Shown here one piece after another: positions 30,771-39,876 of a DNA stretch of 64,000 bases (its first letter is position 1; each line of letters starts with the position of its first letter). The stretch is from positions 12,475 through 76,474 of the forward strand of contig OMSO01000014.1 of assembly GCA_900313675.1 (NCBI GenBank). Direction: 5' to 3'. The stretch is from an uncultured Fibrobacter sp. GTDB lineage: Bacteria > Fibrobacterota > Fibrobacteria > Fibrobacterales > Fibrobacteraceae. The position numbers were made by a program, and so were the translations under genes. Below the pieces are notes generated by a model, which saw only the letters and a list, made by a program, of their open reading frames with translations, was not told the DNA's origin and ran no database searches.

Positions 30771-33062
30771 TTAAGGGTCTACGTATTCCGGAGCATTGCT
30801 ATTCACCGAGCTTACCGCAGGGCAGGTCAAGGTTACCGAAGTGTTTTCTGCGGTGGTAACCTTGACTGTGGGGCTTGCAGTCTGTCCCTTTTCGGTAAAC
30901 GTCATAGCTGCACTGCTGGTGGTGCTTGTGACTCCTGTCCATTCGTAAGATGAAATGTCTGCAAGGGCGTGGCATCCGCTTACGGTCCAGGTGACTGTCG
31001 AAGTTTCATCCCTTGCAACATCTGGCTGGGTGCTGCTCGCTATGCAGGAGCACCCTGTTAACGGTGCTGCTGTCACCTGTACGGACCCGCAGCTGATGGT
31101 CTTTTCGCCCAGTTTGACGGAGGCGGAGAAGGTCCCGGTGGTTGAGTATGTTGCAGTCGCTGTCTTTCCGTCGGAACCGCACTTGCCGCTAGAAGATGCC
31201 GGGGCGGCGCCATTCAACGTCCAGTCGCAAGTGGAATTTTTAATAAAATTCTGATATTCCATCATTTCGGTTACAGAGCTACCACTGGGCGAAATCGGCG
31301 TGAACACCCAGTTTACCGATTCTCCCTTGTAAATGTTGGTTTTGTTGGGTGCACAAGTTCCAGTGGGGGTGTACTTGATTTTCCAGCTGTAGGTGCCAGC
31401 CCCGGAAATGTCGGTGCAGACGTACTTTTCGCCGTTATTGGCTTCGCTCTCTTCATTCAGACGAGCCTTCGTGCATCCGCCCATGCCCAGATTGCAATCA
31501 TTGTAGTCGCCCTGACGCCAGGCATCGCCGTCATATACATAGCAGGTGCTGCTGTAAACATCGCCTTGTTTGGCGTCTCCGTCTTTGCCCGCTTCCCAGC
31601 CGTAGGTATCGTATTCGATTTGCTTGGCTTCGGTCCATTCGCCGTCCTTGCAGATATACCAGGTGTTTTTAACCTTACCTACAGAATCTGCCGTAGCTTT
31701 CACGCAACCGCCCAGCACGGATTCGATTTCATCTGCGACATTCCATTTCTTGCCGTTGAACACATAGACGGTGTCCGTCACGTCGCCTTTCTTGATGTCG
31801 CCTTCGGCGGCGTCTTTCCAGCCGTAGGTGTCTTTCTCCATGGTGGAGGCTTCTTCCCAGCGGTTGTCCTTGCAAATGTACCAGCTCTTGTCGCTGCCCT
31901 TTCCGACGGTCCCTTCCTTGGCATCGGTACAACCGCCCAGTTCCAGGCTACAGTCGGAATCGTTGGCGTCACGCCAGGAACCTTCTTCAAACACGTAGCA
32001 GTTCGTGGTGACGGAGTCGCCATAGCGGGATTCCCCTTCTTTTCCGGCTTTCCAACTGTGGGTGTCCTTCGAGAAATCGGTGGCCTCCATCCAGGCGCCA
32101 TCAAGGCAGATGAACTTCATGTCCTTCAGGGCGCTAGAAGAATTGCCGTTCTTCTTGACTTCGCCTTCACGCTTGCTGTTGCAGGTGCCCAGCTTGAAGT
32201 TTTCCCACCAGAAGTTGTTCACGTACTTCTCGAATGCGGGAACCTTGTCGGAGAGTTCCCAATCCTCAATGTTCTTGCGGATGCTAGCAAGGCCTCCCTT
32301 CAGGCTGGTTTTTGCTGCCCAGTCGGCGATGGCGGTCTGAACCTTTTCGTTGTCCCACACGCCGTCGGCCTCGATATCGCTGGCGTAGTCCGCCAATCTC
32401 TTGCTGAAGGCCCCTTCCTTCAGGTCGCTTTGCATCAAGGCGCTGATGGCAAGTAGGGCTGCGCTTCCGTCGCTCGAGCCGAAGATGTTCATGTCTTCGG
32501 AACTTCCGAAGTCGCCCTGGATTCCGAAGGAGGCGAGAATTTCATTTTCGGCCTGTTCCTTCGCCTTCTTGACGGTAAGGTCGTTGTTCTTCAGCAGGTA
32601 GAGGGAACGCTCGTGCTCCAGGTGGGTGAGCAGGTTCACGTTTACCTGGCTGCGGTTGCTCAGGTCTGTAAAGGCGTAAAGCGTCACCTGGGATTCGGAC
32701 TCCTTGCCGGTCACTTCGTTGAGGTAGAAACCGTTGGCCTTCAGCAGGGCGAATTGGGATTCCAGGTTGATCACATCGACGGAGAATTCCCCGCGGTCGC
32801 CCTTGATCTTGCCCTCGTAACTGCGGCCGGTCTGGGCGAGGGTCTTGCCCTCCAGTTCCTGCACGGTCACGCTGGCCCCTTCTACGAAGGGCCCCTTCTG
32901 GGATACGCCGGAAATCGTCTTGTTCTCGATGGTGACGATTTCTTCGGCAATGATTTCACCGTCCTCGACAGAACCGCCGGCTACGCCGGAATCCTTGTCG
33001 CTGTCTCCGCAGGCCGCAAAAATGCAGGCGGTGGAAAGGGATAATTTTAGGAGCTTGTTCAT
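30771..33062 (-). CDS. Fibrobacter-type surface lipoprotein with three ~75-aa Cys/Trp repeats
   Basis: Lipobox FAAC; GVSQKGPF..G..V N-module; repeats E.DTYGW..G..G..GDV....YV......W.......LGGC. Confidence 0.85.
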   Translation of the reverse strand: MNKLLKLSLSTACIFAACGDSDKDSGVAGGSVEDGEIIAEEIVTIENKTISGVSQKGPFVEGASVTVQELEGKTLAQTGRSYEGKIKGDRGEFSVDVINLESQFALLKANGFYLNEVTGKESESQVTLYAFTDLSNRSQVNVNLLTHLEHERSLYLLKNNDLTVKKAKEQAENEILASFGIQGDFGSSEDMNIFGSSDGSAALLAISALMQSDLKEGAFSKRLADYASDIEADGVWDNEKVQTAIADWAAKTSLKGGLASIRKNIEDWELSDKVPAFEKYVNNFWWENFKLGTCNSKREGEVKKNGNSSSALKDMKFICLDGAWMEATDFSKDTHSWKAGKEGESRYGDSVTTNCYVFEEGSWRDANDSDCSLELGGCTDAKEGTVGKGSDKSWYICKDNRWEEASTMEKDTYGWKDAAEGDIKKGDVTDTVYVFNGKKWNVADEIESVLGGCVKATADSVGKVKNTWYICKDGEWTEAKQIEYDTYGWEAGKDGDAKQGDVYSSTCYVYDGDAWRQGDYNDCNLGMGGCTKARLNEESEANNGEKYVCTDISGAGTYSWKIKYTPTGTCAPNKTNIYKGESVNWVFTPISPSGSSVTEMMEYQNFIKNSTCDWTLNGAAPASSSGKCGSDGKTATATYSTTGTFSASVKLGEKTISCGSVQVTAAPLTGCSCIASSTQPDVARDETSTVTWTVSGCHALADISSYEWTGVTSTTSSAAMTFTEKGQTASPTVKVTTAENTSVTLTCPAVSSVNSNAPEYVDP

Positions 33063-33077
33063 TTTCTCCTCCTTTGG

Positions 33078-33932
33078 TTAAAGGGGTTGTTTTAAAGGTG
33101 TCGCCATGTTGGTCAGCGGGAACAGCTGCATGTTCAGGCGGTAAACTTCTTCGGTCTTGGCGCTTTCGGTGGCAATGGCCACGATACGGCGACGGCACTC
33201 GGCCAGTTCCTCTACAATTTTGGCGTAGGCCTCGCGGGTTATACCTAGAGTCAAACCGGTAATGTTGCGGTCTTGGGCGGGGTCGTTTTTTAGGGTATCG
33301 ACGGCGAGTTCCGCCATTTGCACCTGCAGGTCGTGGGCCACGGCTTTCTGGACGGTCTTGGTGCTGCGGGAGGGGTGGCTCATGCGGAGCGAACGGTCGG
33401 GCTGCCGGTAATGGCCCTGTTCGTCTTGGGTCAAGTAGCCCGCCTCCTGTAAAAAGTCCAGAATCTCCCGGACCTCGCCGGTCTTTACGCGGTAACGGGT
33501 AGCCCTGGAAATCTCTTTCGGGGTCGCGCCATCCATGGCGGGTGCGAGTTCGCGAATAAGGGAATTCTTCCAGGATTTGAAAAATTGGTATTCCTCGGCG
33601 GTGACCAGCTTCACCTTGTGGATGCGGGCCAGCTCGGCGATTTCTTCCAGGATGCCCTTCTTGTCGCTTTCCTTCTTTGCGTTGTCCAGGGCCACCAGCT
33701 TGCAGAAGAAGGTGGACTCGAACCCGGCAAGACCCATGGCGCTTGCCACTTGCGGCGCGGAACGCTCCCCCAGGTTCTTCTTGCCTTCGCAAACGTATTG
33801 CAAAAACACGGGGGACGAAAGCCCGGCGCTCTCCGCAAATGAGGCCCACGAAAAACCCTTGCGGGCCTTTCGCTCTTCGTAATAGTCCCGGATGCATTCC
33901 CGGTAGTCGATGTATTCGATAATGGGTCTCAT
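33078..33932 (-). CDS. TIGR02147/DUF4423-family protein (N-terminal HTH)
   Basis: EYIDYRECIRDYYEERK..FSW..FA..AG..S, ..W....IREL, RNITGLTLGI, VYRLNMQLFP. Confidence 0.88.
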   Translation of the reverse strand: MRPIIEYIDYRECIRDYYEERKARKGFSWASFAESAGLSSPVFLQYVCEGKKNLGERSAPQVASAMGLAGFESTFFCKLVALDNAKKESDKKGILEEIAELARIHKVKLVTAEEYQFFKSWKNSLIRELAPAMDGATPKEISRATRYRVKTGEVREILDFLQEAGYLTQDEQGHYRQPDRSLRMSHPSRSTKTVQKAVAHDLQVQMAELAVDTLKNDPAQDRNITGLTLGITREAYAKIVEELAECRRRIVAIATESAKTEEVYRLNMQLFPLTNMATPLKQPL

Positions 33933-34113
33933 GCCTCCAAATATATACTCTAAAAAATTATTTTGCAATAGCTGGAATATAAAAAATTTAAAATTCATGT
34001 AAAAATAGCCGATTTTTATAAATTTCAATAAAAATTTTTATAAAGATAGAATATGCTTGGCGAAAAATAATCTTTTTTGCTGAAAATTATAGTTTTAGAT
34101 ATGGAATGGATTT

Positions 34114-34212
34114 ATTTCTTGTCTAAATCTCTGTTGAAATAAAAGATTTAGACTAAAATTATTGTAAATTTGGTCTAAAAGTCAAATATTTTTATATATT
34201 TAGACAAGAAAT
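34114..34212. promoter_or_regulatory. Array of four alternating inverted GTCTAAA sites at 26-bp spacing
   Basis: GTCTAAA 34121, TTTAGAC 34147, GTCTAAA 34173, TTTAGAC 34199; outer pair is a perfect 15-bp inverted repeat. Confidence 0.6.
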
Positions 34213-34230
34213 CTTAAAATAGGGACTTAA

Positions 34231-35637
34231 ATGCGCATTATCGGCAGGAAAAAGGAAATCCGCAGGCTTGATCGGTTCGTCGAGTCCAAACGCTCCGATT
34301 TTGTCGTGGTCTATGGCCGCCGCCGCGTGGGCAAGACATACCTGATTCGGGAATATTTCGACAACACTTTCGACTTTCAGGTGACGGGCATTTGCGACGG
34401 CAGCAAGGAAATGCAGCTTGCCAACTTCGGCCTCGCCCTGCAAAAATACTTTGGCGAGTCGCGAGTTCCCAGGACTTGGCTTGACGCGTTTTCGCTTTTG
34501 CAGGCGGGGCTAGAAAAAAAGAATACCGGCGAAAAGCTGGTCGTGTTCTTTGACGAAATGCCGTGGATGGATTCCCAGAAATCCGACTTCTTGAGAGCGT
34601 TCGAAGTCTTCTGGAACGGCTACGCCGCCTGGGACAACAACATTTTGCTGATTGTATGCGGTTCGGCAACCACATGGCTTACGGACAACATCTTGAACAA
34701 TGTCGGCGGACTTTACAACCGCGCCACGGGCCGCATTTTCCTTGAACCGTTTACTTTGGGAGAGGTTGAAGAGTTCTTGAAAGACAAGGGTATCGTCTGG
34801 AACCGCTACGACATCATCCAGCTTTACATGGTCATGGGAGGAATCCCGTTCTACTTGAGCCACCTGCAAAAGGAACTATCCCTGGCACAGAACATCGACG
34901 AACTCTTTTTCAAGCCACACGGAAAACTTTGGAACGAGTTCAACAACCTTTACGCAACTTTGTTCAAAAATGCGAACGCGCACGTCAAGGTCGTGGAGGC
35001 GCTTTCCCAAAAGAACAAGGGACTCACCAAGAAAGAAATTTCCGAAGCGACAAAGTTGCCCGAAAACGGAACGCTTACAAAGATTCTCGACAACCTCTCC
35101 AATTCAGGATTCATTCGCCCCTACAACTACTACGGCAACAAGAAGAAGCTGACGACTTACCAGCTCGCCGACTACTACACCCTTTTCTACTTCCGTTTTT
35201 TGAAAGACCAGAACGGCAAGGACGAAAACTATTGGCAAAACACGCTGGACAATCCGGCGAAGCGGGCGTGGTGCGGGTATTCCTTCGAACAGGTCTGCAA
35301 GGACCATATCGATAAAATCAAGGACAAGCTTGGCATCGCGGGTGTCCTTACCGAAAGGTCGTCGTGGTCCAGCAAGGGGGAACCTGGTGCACAGATTGAT
35401 TTGGTCATCGAACGCCGCGACAGGATTATCGACCTGTGCGAAATGAAGTTTTCGCAGTCCGAATTTGCGATTGACAAGGAATACGACCTGATTCTTCGAA
35501 ACAAGGTGGAGGCTTTCAGGACGGAGACCAAGACCAAGAAGGCCCTGCACCTGGTCTTTATCACCACCTACGGGCTAAAACGCAACATGTATAGCGGCAT
35601 CGCCCAGGCCGAAGTCAAGGGCGACGACCTGTTCTAG
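34231..35637 (+). CDS. AAA ATPase with wHTH-like region and C-terminal PD-(D/E)XK-like (DUF234-type) domain
   Basis: YGRRRVGKT Walker A, FFDEMP Walker B, GGIP.YL, QIDLVI...CEMKF. Confidence 0.88.
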   Translation: MRIIGRKKEIRRLDRFVESKRSDFVVVYGRRRVGKTYLIREYFDNTFDFQVTGICDGSKEMQLANFGLALQKYFGESRVPRTWLDAFSLLQAGLEKKNTGEKLVVFFDEMPWMDSQKSDFLRAFEVFWNGYAAWDNNILLIVCGSATTWLTDNILNNVGGLYNRATGRIFLEPFTLGEVEEFLKDKGIVWNRYDIIQLYMVMGGIPFYLSHLQKELSLAQNIDELFFKPHGKLWNEFNNLYATLFKNANAHVKVVEALSQKNKGLTKKEISEATKLPENGTLTKILDNLSNSGFIRPYNYYGNKKKLTTYQLADYYTLFYFRFLKDQNGKDENYWQNTLDNPAKRAWCGYSFEQVCKDHIDKIKDKLGIAGVLTERSSWSSKGEPGAQIDLVIERRDRIIDLCEMKFSQSEFAIDKEYDLILRNKVEAFRTETKTKKALHLVFITTYGLKRNMYSGIAQAEVKGDDLF

Positions 35638-35639
35638 AA

Positions 35640-36317
35640 TTATCGGTTAAGGAGCGGCGTCCTCAAGAGGATTTTTTTGGCAAGTCCCTTGACGCACTTC
35701 TCCCAATCCCCGGTTGTCATGGCGTAGGTGAACCTGCTTCTTTGCGATTGGCGGCCGAAAGCAAGCCTGTCTCCCGTTTTGGCATCATAAAAGGCGTAAT
35801 CTGACGAAACCCATAATGCATTTTCGGTATAGTAGTTGTTGATATAGTCTCCATTCATGTTTTGGTTGGTATTAGGCATGGTGGTTTGGAAACCGTGGTG
35901 CATATAGGAGTCTTCGCGCCGTGAGAAAACGATATTCGATAGAACTAGATAGACCCCGTCGCCCTCCATACCTTTAAATGCCGGGACAATCATGCTTGTG
36001 TCCTGAATTTCTGCGGTGTCGGGAACAATTTGACTTGAGTCGGCCTTTGTTAATGTGAATTGGACCGTATTCCTCGCAAACAGGTCCAAATATTTTTTTA
36101 GTTCGGGGTTGAACCATTCGTCAAAATTTTCCGCATAATCCTTTAGGTCGTCCTCCAGGTCATCTTGATTCTCTATTACCGGTTCGGTGTAAACAACGAA
36201 AACGTTTGTGGGTTTTTCTGTCCATGTGGGTTCTACAAAAAAATTGGGGACACGGGGAGCACAACCGAAAAGAACTATGGAAAACGCAACAAGAGCGATT
36301 TTGCAAAATGAATTCAT
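35640..36317 (-). CDS. Hypothetical lipoprotein
   Basis: MNSFCKIALVAFSIVLFGC lipobox; AAGGAG RBS. Confidence 0.75.
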   Translation of the reverse strand: MNSFCKIALVAFSIVLFGCAPRVPNFFVEPTWTEKPTNVFVVYTEPVIENQDDLEDDLKDYAENFDEWFNPELKKYLDLFARNTVQFTLTKADSSQIVPDTAEIQDTSMIVPAFKGMEGDGVYLVLSNIVFSRREDSYMHHGFQTTMPNTNQNMNGDYINNYYTENALWVSSDYAFYDAKTGDRLAFGRQSQRSRFTYAMTTGDWEKCVKGLAKKILLRTPLLNR

Positions 36318-36366
36318 GGGGTTCTCCTTTTTTGCAGTATAATTTAACAAATGATTCCAGAAGCTT

Positions 36367-36716
36367 GCGGGGGTGTTAGGGGGTGTCCCCCTAGGAGACC
36401 TTTGGACACTTGGCCTTTTATACGACTCTTAGTGCTTTAGCACTTAGTGGAGTTATGCCCTTTGGGTAAGGCCTTAGTGTACATGGCCACCTTTAGACAC
36501 TTGGCCTTTTATACGACTCTTAGTGCTTTAGCACTTAGTGGAGTTATGCCCTTTGGGTAAGGCCTTAGTGTACATGGCCACCTTTAGGTGGTGGGGTAGC
36601 GACCCTTCGGCCCCTCGACAAGCTCGGGGACCTTACTCCGGTTGGCGAGCCTGTCGAGCCACAGGGACCTTTGTCACAGAGACTGACGATGGAAGCCAGG
36701 GGGAGGCTTCCCCCCT
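36367..36716 (+). repeat. Composite palindromic element carrying a 2x91-bp tandem hairpin module
   Basis: Outer ends match 56987-57163; 36405-36495 is repeated at 36496-36586; inner CTCGACAAGCTCGGG / GAGCCTGTCGAG module. Confidence 0.85.
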
Positions 36717-36721
36717 TTGGG

Positions 36722-36749
36722 AAAAAAAGAACCCCTCCGGAGAGGGGTC
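36722..36749 (-). terminator. Terminator of tRNA-Gly
   Basis: ACCCCTC-CGGA-GAGGGGT with a T-run on the minus strand. Confidence 0.75.
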
Positions 36750-36753
36750 CAAG

Positions 36754-36825
36754 AGCGGCGGACCGGGATCGAACCGGCAACCATTAGCTTGGAAGGCTAA
36801 GGCTCTACCATTGAGCTACCGCCGC
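36754..36825 (-). tRNA. tRNA-Gly(TCC)
   Basis: GCGGCGGTAGCTCAATGGTAGAGCC-TTAGC CTTCCAA GCTAA-TGGTTGCCGGTTCGATCCCGGTCCGCCGCT. Confidence 0.95.
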
Positions 36826-36946
36826 GAGCAAGCACAATTATACAAAAATCGGGCGTTTTTTAAAGGGGTTGGCCCAAAACTTGTTGGAAATTTTTCTGAA
36901 TCTTACTAAATTTTGCCCCACATTAACCTTATACCGAGGAGCTTAC

Positions 36947-37570
36947 TTGTACCCTAATCCGCGCGACCGCCGCATGCCCAACCGTCAGAGTGACGGAACT
37001 CGTATCAACGAGGACATCCACATTTCGCCCATTCGACTGGTGAAGGAGGACGGCGAGGCCGTCATCATCGAGACGAGCAAGGCGCTGCAGATGGCAAAGG
37101 ACGCCGGACTGGACCTGGTGGAGGTGTCTCCCAACGCCAAGCCGCCGGTATGCCGCATCATCAACTACGGCAAGTTCAAGTTCGAGCAAATCAAGAAGGC
37201 CAAGGCCGCCAAGGCGAAGCAGCACGTGGTGAAGCTGAAAGAAATCAAGATGCACCCGAAGACCGCCGAGAACGACTACCAGTACCGGATCAAGCAGGCC
37301 TCCGAGTTCCTTCAAGACGGTATGAAGGTGAAACTGATTATGCAGTTCCGTGGGCGCGAGATGGCGCACATGGACTACGGCAAGCGCCTGATGGAGCGCG
37401 CTAAAGAAGAGTTGCTCCAGTTTGGCGATTTGGAAATGGATTCACGGGTGGAAGGCAACACCATGCTCTCTATCTATGGTCCAAAACGCGGTGCAGGCTC
37501 TGCCAAAAAGCAGGACCAGGCACCAAAGCCCGTAACCGAGCCAAAGGCAGCAGGTGAGGCTTCAACTTAA
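36947..37570 (+). CDS. infC: Translation initiation factor IF-3
   Basis: RINEDI, LDLVEVSPNAKPPVCRIINYGKFKFE, FRGRE; TTG start after GAGGAG (ATG 36974 is an alternative). Confidence 0.95.
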   Translation: MYPNPRDRRMPNRQSDGTRINEDIHISPIRLVKEDGEAVIIETSKALQMAKDAGLDLVEVSPNAKPPVCRIINYGKFKFEQIKKAKAAKAKQHVVKLKEIKMHPKTAENDYQYRIKQASEFLQDGMKVKLIMQFRGREMAHMDYGKRLMERAKEELLQFGDLEMDSRVEGNTMLSIYGPKRGAGSAKKQDQAPKPVTEPKAAGEAST

Positions 37571-37585
37571 ACCCAAGAGGTAAAA

Positions 37586-37783
37586 ATGCCTAAAATGAAA
37601 ACACACAGCGGTGCAAAAAAGCGCTTCCGCGTGACTGGCTCCGGCCACGTCAAGTTCAAGCGTGCTGGTATGCGCCACATTCTTGCCAAGATGACCACCA
37701 AGCGTAAGCGTAACCTGCGTAAGGGCGCTCTCGTTAAGAAAGTCGATGTTTACCATGTCAAGCGTCTGCTTGTCCAAGCATAA
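37586..37783 (+). CDS. rpmI: 50S ribosomal protein L35
   Basis: [14 protein letters not shown]; operon position. Confidence 0.97.
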   Translation: MPKMKTHSGAKKRFRVTGSGHVKFKRAGMRHILAKMTTKRKRNLRKGALVKKVDVYHVKRLLVQA

Positions 37784-37794
37784 GGAGTGTAAGA

Positions 37795-38145
37795 ATGCCA
37801 CGCGCTAAAACCAGAGTTCCTTCCCGCGAACGCCGCAAAAAAATCCTCAAGGCCGCCAAGGGTTTCTATGGCCGTCGCAAGAGCAACCTCCGCCTTGCCA
37901 TTGACGCCGTAGCCCACGCCGGTCAGTATGCCTACGCTCACCGCCGCGACAAGAAGGGCGATTTCCGCACTCTGTGGATCACCCGCTTGAACGCTGCAGT
38001 CCGCGAACACGGCATCAGCTACAGCCAGTTCATCTTCAAGCTTTCCAAGTCGGGCATCCAGCTGAACCGCAAGGTCCTTGCTGACATGGCCGTCGCCGAT
38101 CCTGAAGCATTCGCCAAGGTCGTGGAAACCGTGAAGGCTGCCTAA
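37795..38145 (+). CDS. rplT: 50S ribosomal protein L20
   Basis: [31 protein letters not shown]. Confidence 0.97.
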   Translation: MPRAKTRVPSRERRKKILKAAKGFYGRRKSNLRLAIDAVAHAGQYAYAHRRDKKGDFRTLWITRLNAAVREHGISYSQFIFKLSKSGIQLNRKVLADMAVADPEAFAKVVETVKAA

Positions 38146-38168
38146 TAGCTGAACAAACGCGAGAAATT

Positions 38169-38201
38169 GTCCCCTGCCGGTAAAACGGCGGGGGACTTTT
38201 T
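38169..38201 (+). terminator. rplT terminator (copy 1)
   Basis: GTCCCCTGCCG-GTAAAA-CGGCGGGGGAC followed by TTTTT. Confidence 0.8.
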
Positions 38202-38326
38202 GTTTGAACGGGTTAAGGCGTCGGCCATGGTGAGCATGAGCGGCTTGTATTGACAAGCCGCGAAGGCGAGAGTGAGGCGATTCCGGAGAATCGTCGCCCA
38301 ACGAGGAGCCGAACGGTCATCATACT

Positions 38327-38519
38327 GCCGTCGCCGATCCTGAAGCATTCGCCAAGGTCGTGGAAACCGTGAAGGCTGCCTAATCTAGTGTTGTCATCCC
38401 CGCGCAGGCGGGGATCTCCCAGAGAAAAGCAGCACGACTAGCTGAACAAACGCGAGAAATTGCACCCTGCTCCTAATCGGGCGGGGTGCTTTTTATTTGA
38501 GTTGGTTAAGGCGTCGGCC
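38327..38519 (+). repeat. Duplicated rplT 3' end plus variant terminator, interrupted by a REP
   Basis: 38327-38384 identical to 38089-38146; 38439-38519 similar to 38146-38226; REP at 38393-38419. Confidence 0.85.
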
Positions 38520-38526
38520 TTTCTCG

Positions 38527-39798
38527 TTAAAAGAAATCCACGTCCAGCTTTGTCTTTTTGCGGCCGGCGGGCTCAATGACCGCGGCGGAGAACTTGGCTG
38601 CGTTAAAAAGGCGGTTCACCGTCTCGACAACTTCGCCTTCGGTCATGTTTTTGATAATTCGCTCGCTTTCTTCCATGGTGCGGAACTCTCCCAGGTGCAG
38701 CATCTGTTCCGCCATACGGATCACCCGCTTCTCCGGGCTGTCTGCCCCCAGGTACATGCCTCCCAAAATGTTCGTCTTGGTCCGCTCGAATTCCCCCTTC
38801 TTGAATCCGTGCTTCAAGAAGTTGCGGGTCTCGTCTAGCGAAAGTTCCATAGCCGTTTTCAGCTGTTGTGGTTCCGTCGCCAGAGAAACGCCCCAGTCGG
38901 TGCAGTCCCGATAGATGTCGGCGGTGGAATACACGGAGTAGGCAAGTCCCCGGTCCTCCCGAATTTTCTGGAACAGACGGCTGGCCATACCTGCACCCAT
39001 GGCCACGTTAAAGAGCGATAGGGCGCAGCGCCCCCGCTCGTCCATCAGGCTGCGGTCAAAACTGAGTCCCCAGAAGAGGTTGGACTGTGCGATGTCCTGT
39101 TTCTGCACCACCTTCACGCTATTGTGGGCTTTGTAAACGTCTGCAGGCAGGGGGCCCCGTGTCTTTTTGCAGGCGAATTTTTCTGCACAAAGTCGAACAA
39201 GTTCTTCGTGGTCTACCTTGCCCGAGGCGCACACCAGCAAGGGAATTTCGTCAATCACTTGCTTTTTGTACCTGAGCATCTGTTTGTGGGTGAGGGCATT
39301 CACCTGCTTGATGGTTCCCGTGATGGAGTGGGCGATTCCCGAACCCTTGAAATGGATGGCGTTGAAGATGTCGCCTACGATTTCTTCGGGAATGTCGTCG
39401 TAACTGTGAATCTCCTCGATAATCACCCGGCGTTCCTTTTCCATCTCGCTTTTGTCCATGCGGGGGGTCATGAGCATGTCAGCAATGACATCTACGGCCA
39501 GCGCCAGGTGACTGCGTTCAATTTGCGCGTAAAAACCCGTCTCTTGCCTGGTGGTATAGGCTTCCAGGTTCCCGCCCTTGTCTTCGATGGCCCGGGCTAT
39601 TTGAAGGGCGCTGCGGTTCTTGGTTCCCTTGAATACCAGGTGCTCGTAAAAGTGGCTCAGGCCGTATTCGTCCTTTGCCTCGTGGCGGCTGCCCCGTGGG
39701 ACCCAGACGCCTACTGCGACGGAATAAGCGTGGGGCATGTAGTCGGTGAGAATGGTGATGCCGTTTTCAAGTTCGGTCTTTTTGACAAGTTGTTTCAT
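38527..39798 (-). CDS. M16 (pitrilysin-family) zinc peptidase
   Basis: HFYEH inverted zinc motif, SRLFQKIREDRGLAYSV. Confidence 0.93.
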   Translation of the reverse strand: MKQLVKKTELENGITILTDYMPHAYSVAVGVWVPRGSRHEAKDEYGLSHFYEHLVFKGTKNRSALQIARAIEDKGGNLEAYTTRQETGFYAQIERSHLALAVDVIADMLMTPRMDKSEMEKERRVIIEEIHSYDDIPEEIVGDIFNAIHFKGSGIAHSITGTIKQVNALTHKQMLRYKKQVIDEIPLLVCASGKVDHEELVRLCAEKFACKKTRGPLPADVYKAHNSVKVVQKQDIAQSNLFWGLSFDRSLMDERGRCALSLFNVAMGAGMASRLFQKIREDRGLAYSVYSTADIYRDCTDWGVSLATEPQQLKTAMELSLDETRNFLKHGFKKGEFERTKTNILGGMYLGADSPEKRVIRMAEQMLHLGEFRTMEESERIIKNMTEGEVVETVNRLFNAAKFSAAVIEPAGRKKTKLDVDFF

Positions 39799-39800
39799 TG

Positions 39801-39876
39801 ATAGGATCTAGGGGCTAGGATTTAGGGGCTAGGATCTAGGGGATAGGTGTTAGGTAATAGGTTTTAGGTATTAGGA
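39801..39876. repeat. 7-bp TAGGNNN tandem array (about 11 units)
   Basis: TAGGATC TAGGGGC TAGGATT TAGGGGC TAGGATC TAGGGGA TAGGTGT TAGGTAA TAGGTTT TAGGTAT. Confidence 0.85.

Noticed and set aside
36405-36586. Possible mini-CRISPR
   Set aside because: Two contiguous identical 91-bp units with no spacer.
30771-36825. Genomic island integrated at tRNA-Gly
   Set aside because: Accessory-looking genes, but no integrase and no duplicated tRNA 3' end found.
36538-36909. ORFs across the repeat and tRNA-Gly
   Set aside because: Overlap a clear tRNA and repeat modules.
38142-38348. 68-aa minus-strand ORF in the rplT duplication
   Set aside because: Spans terminator and hairpins; no RBS or recognisable motif.
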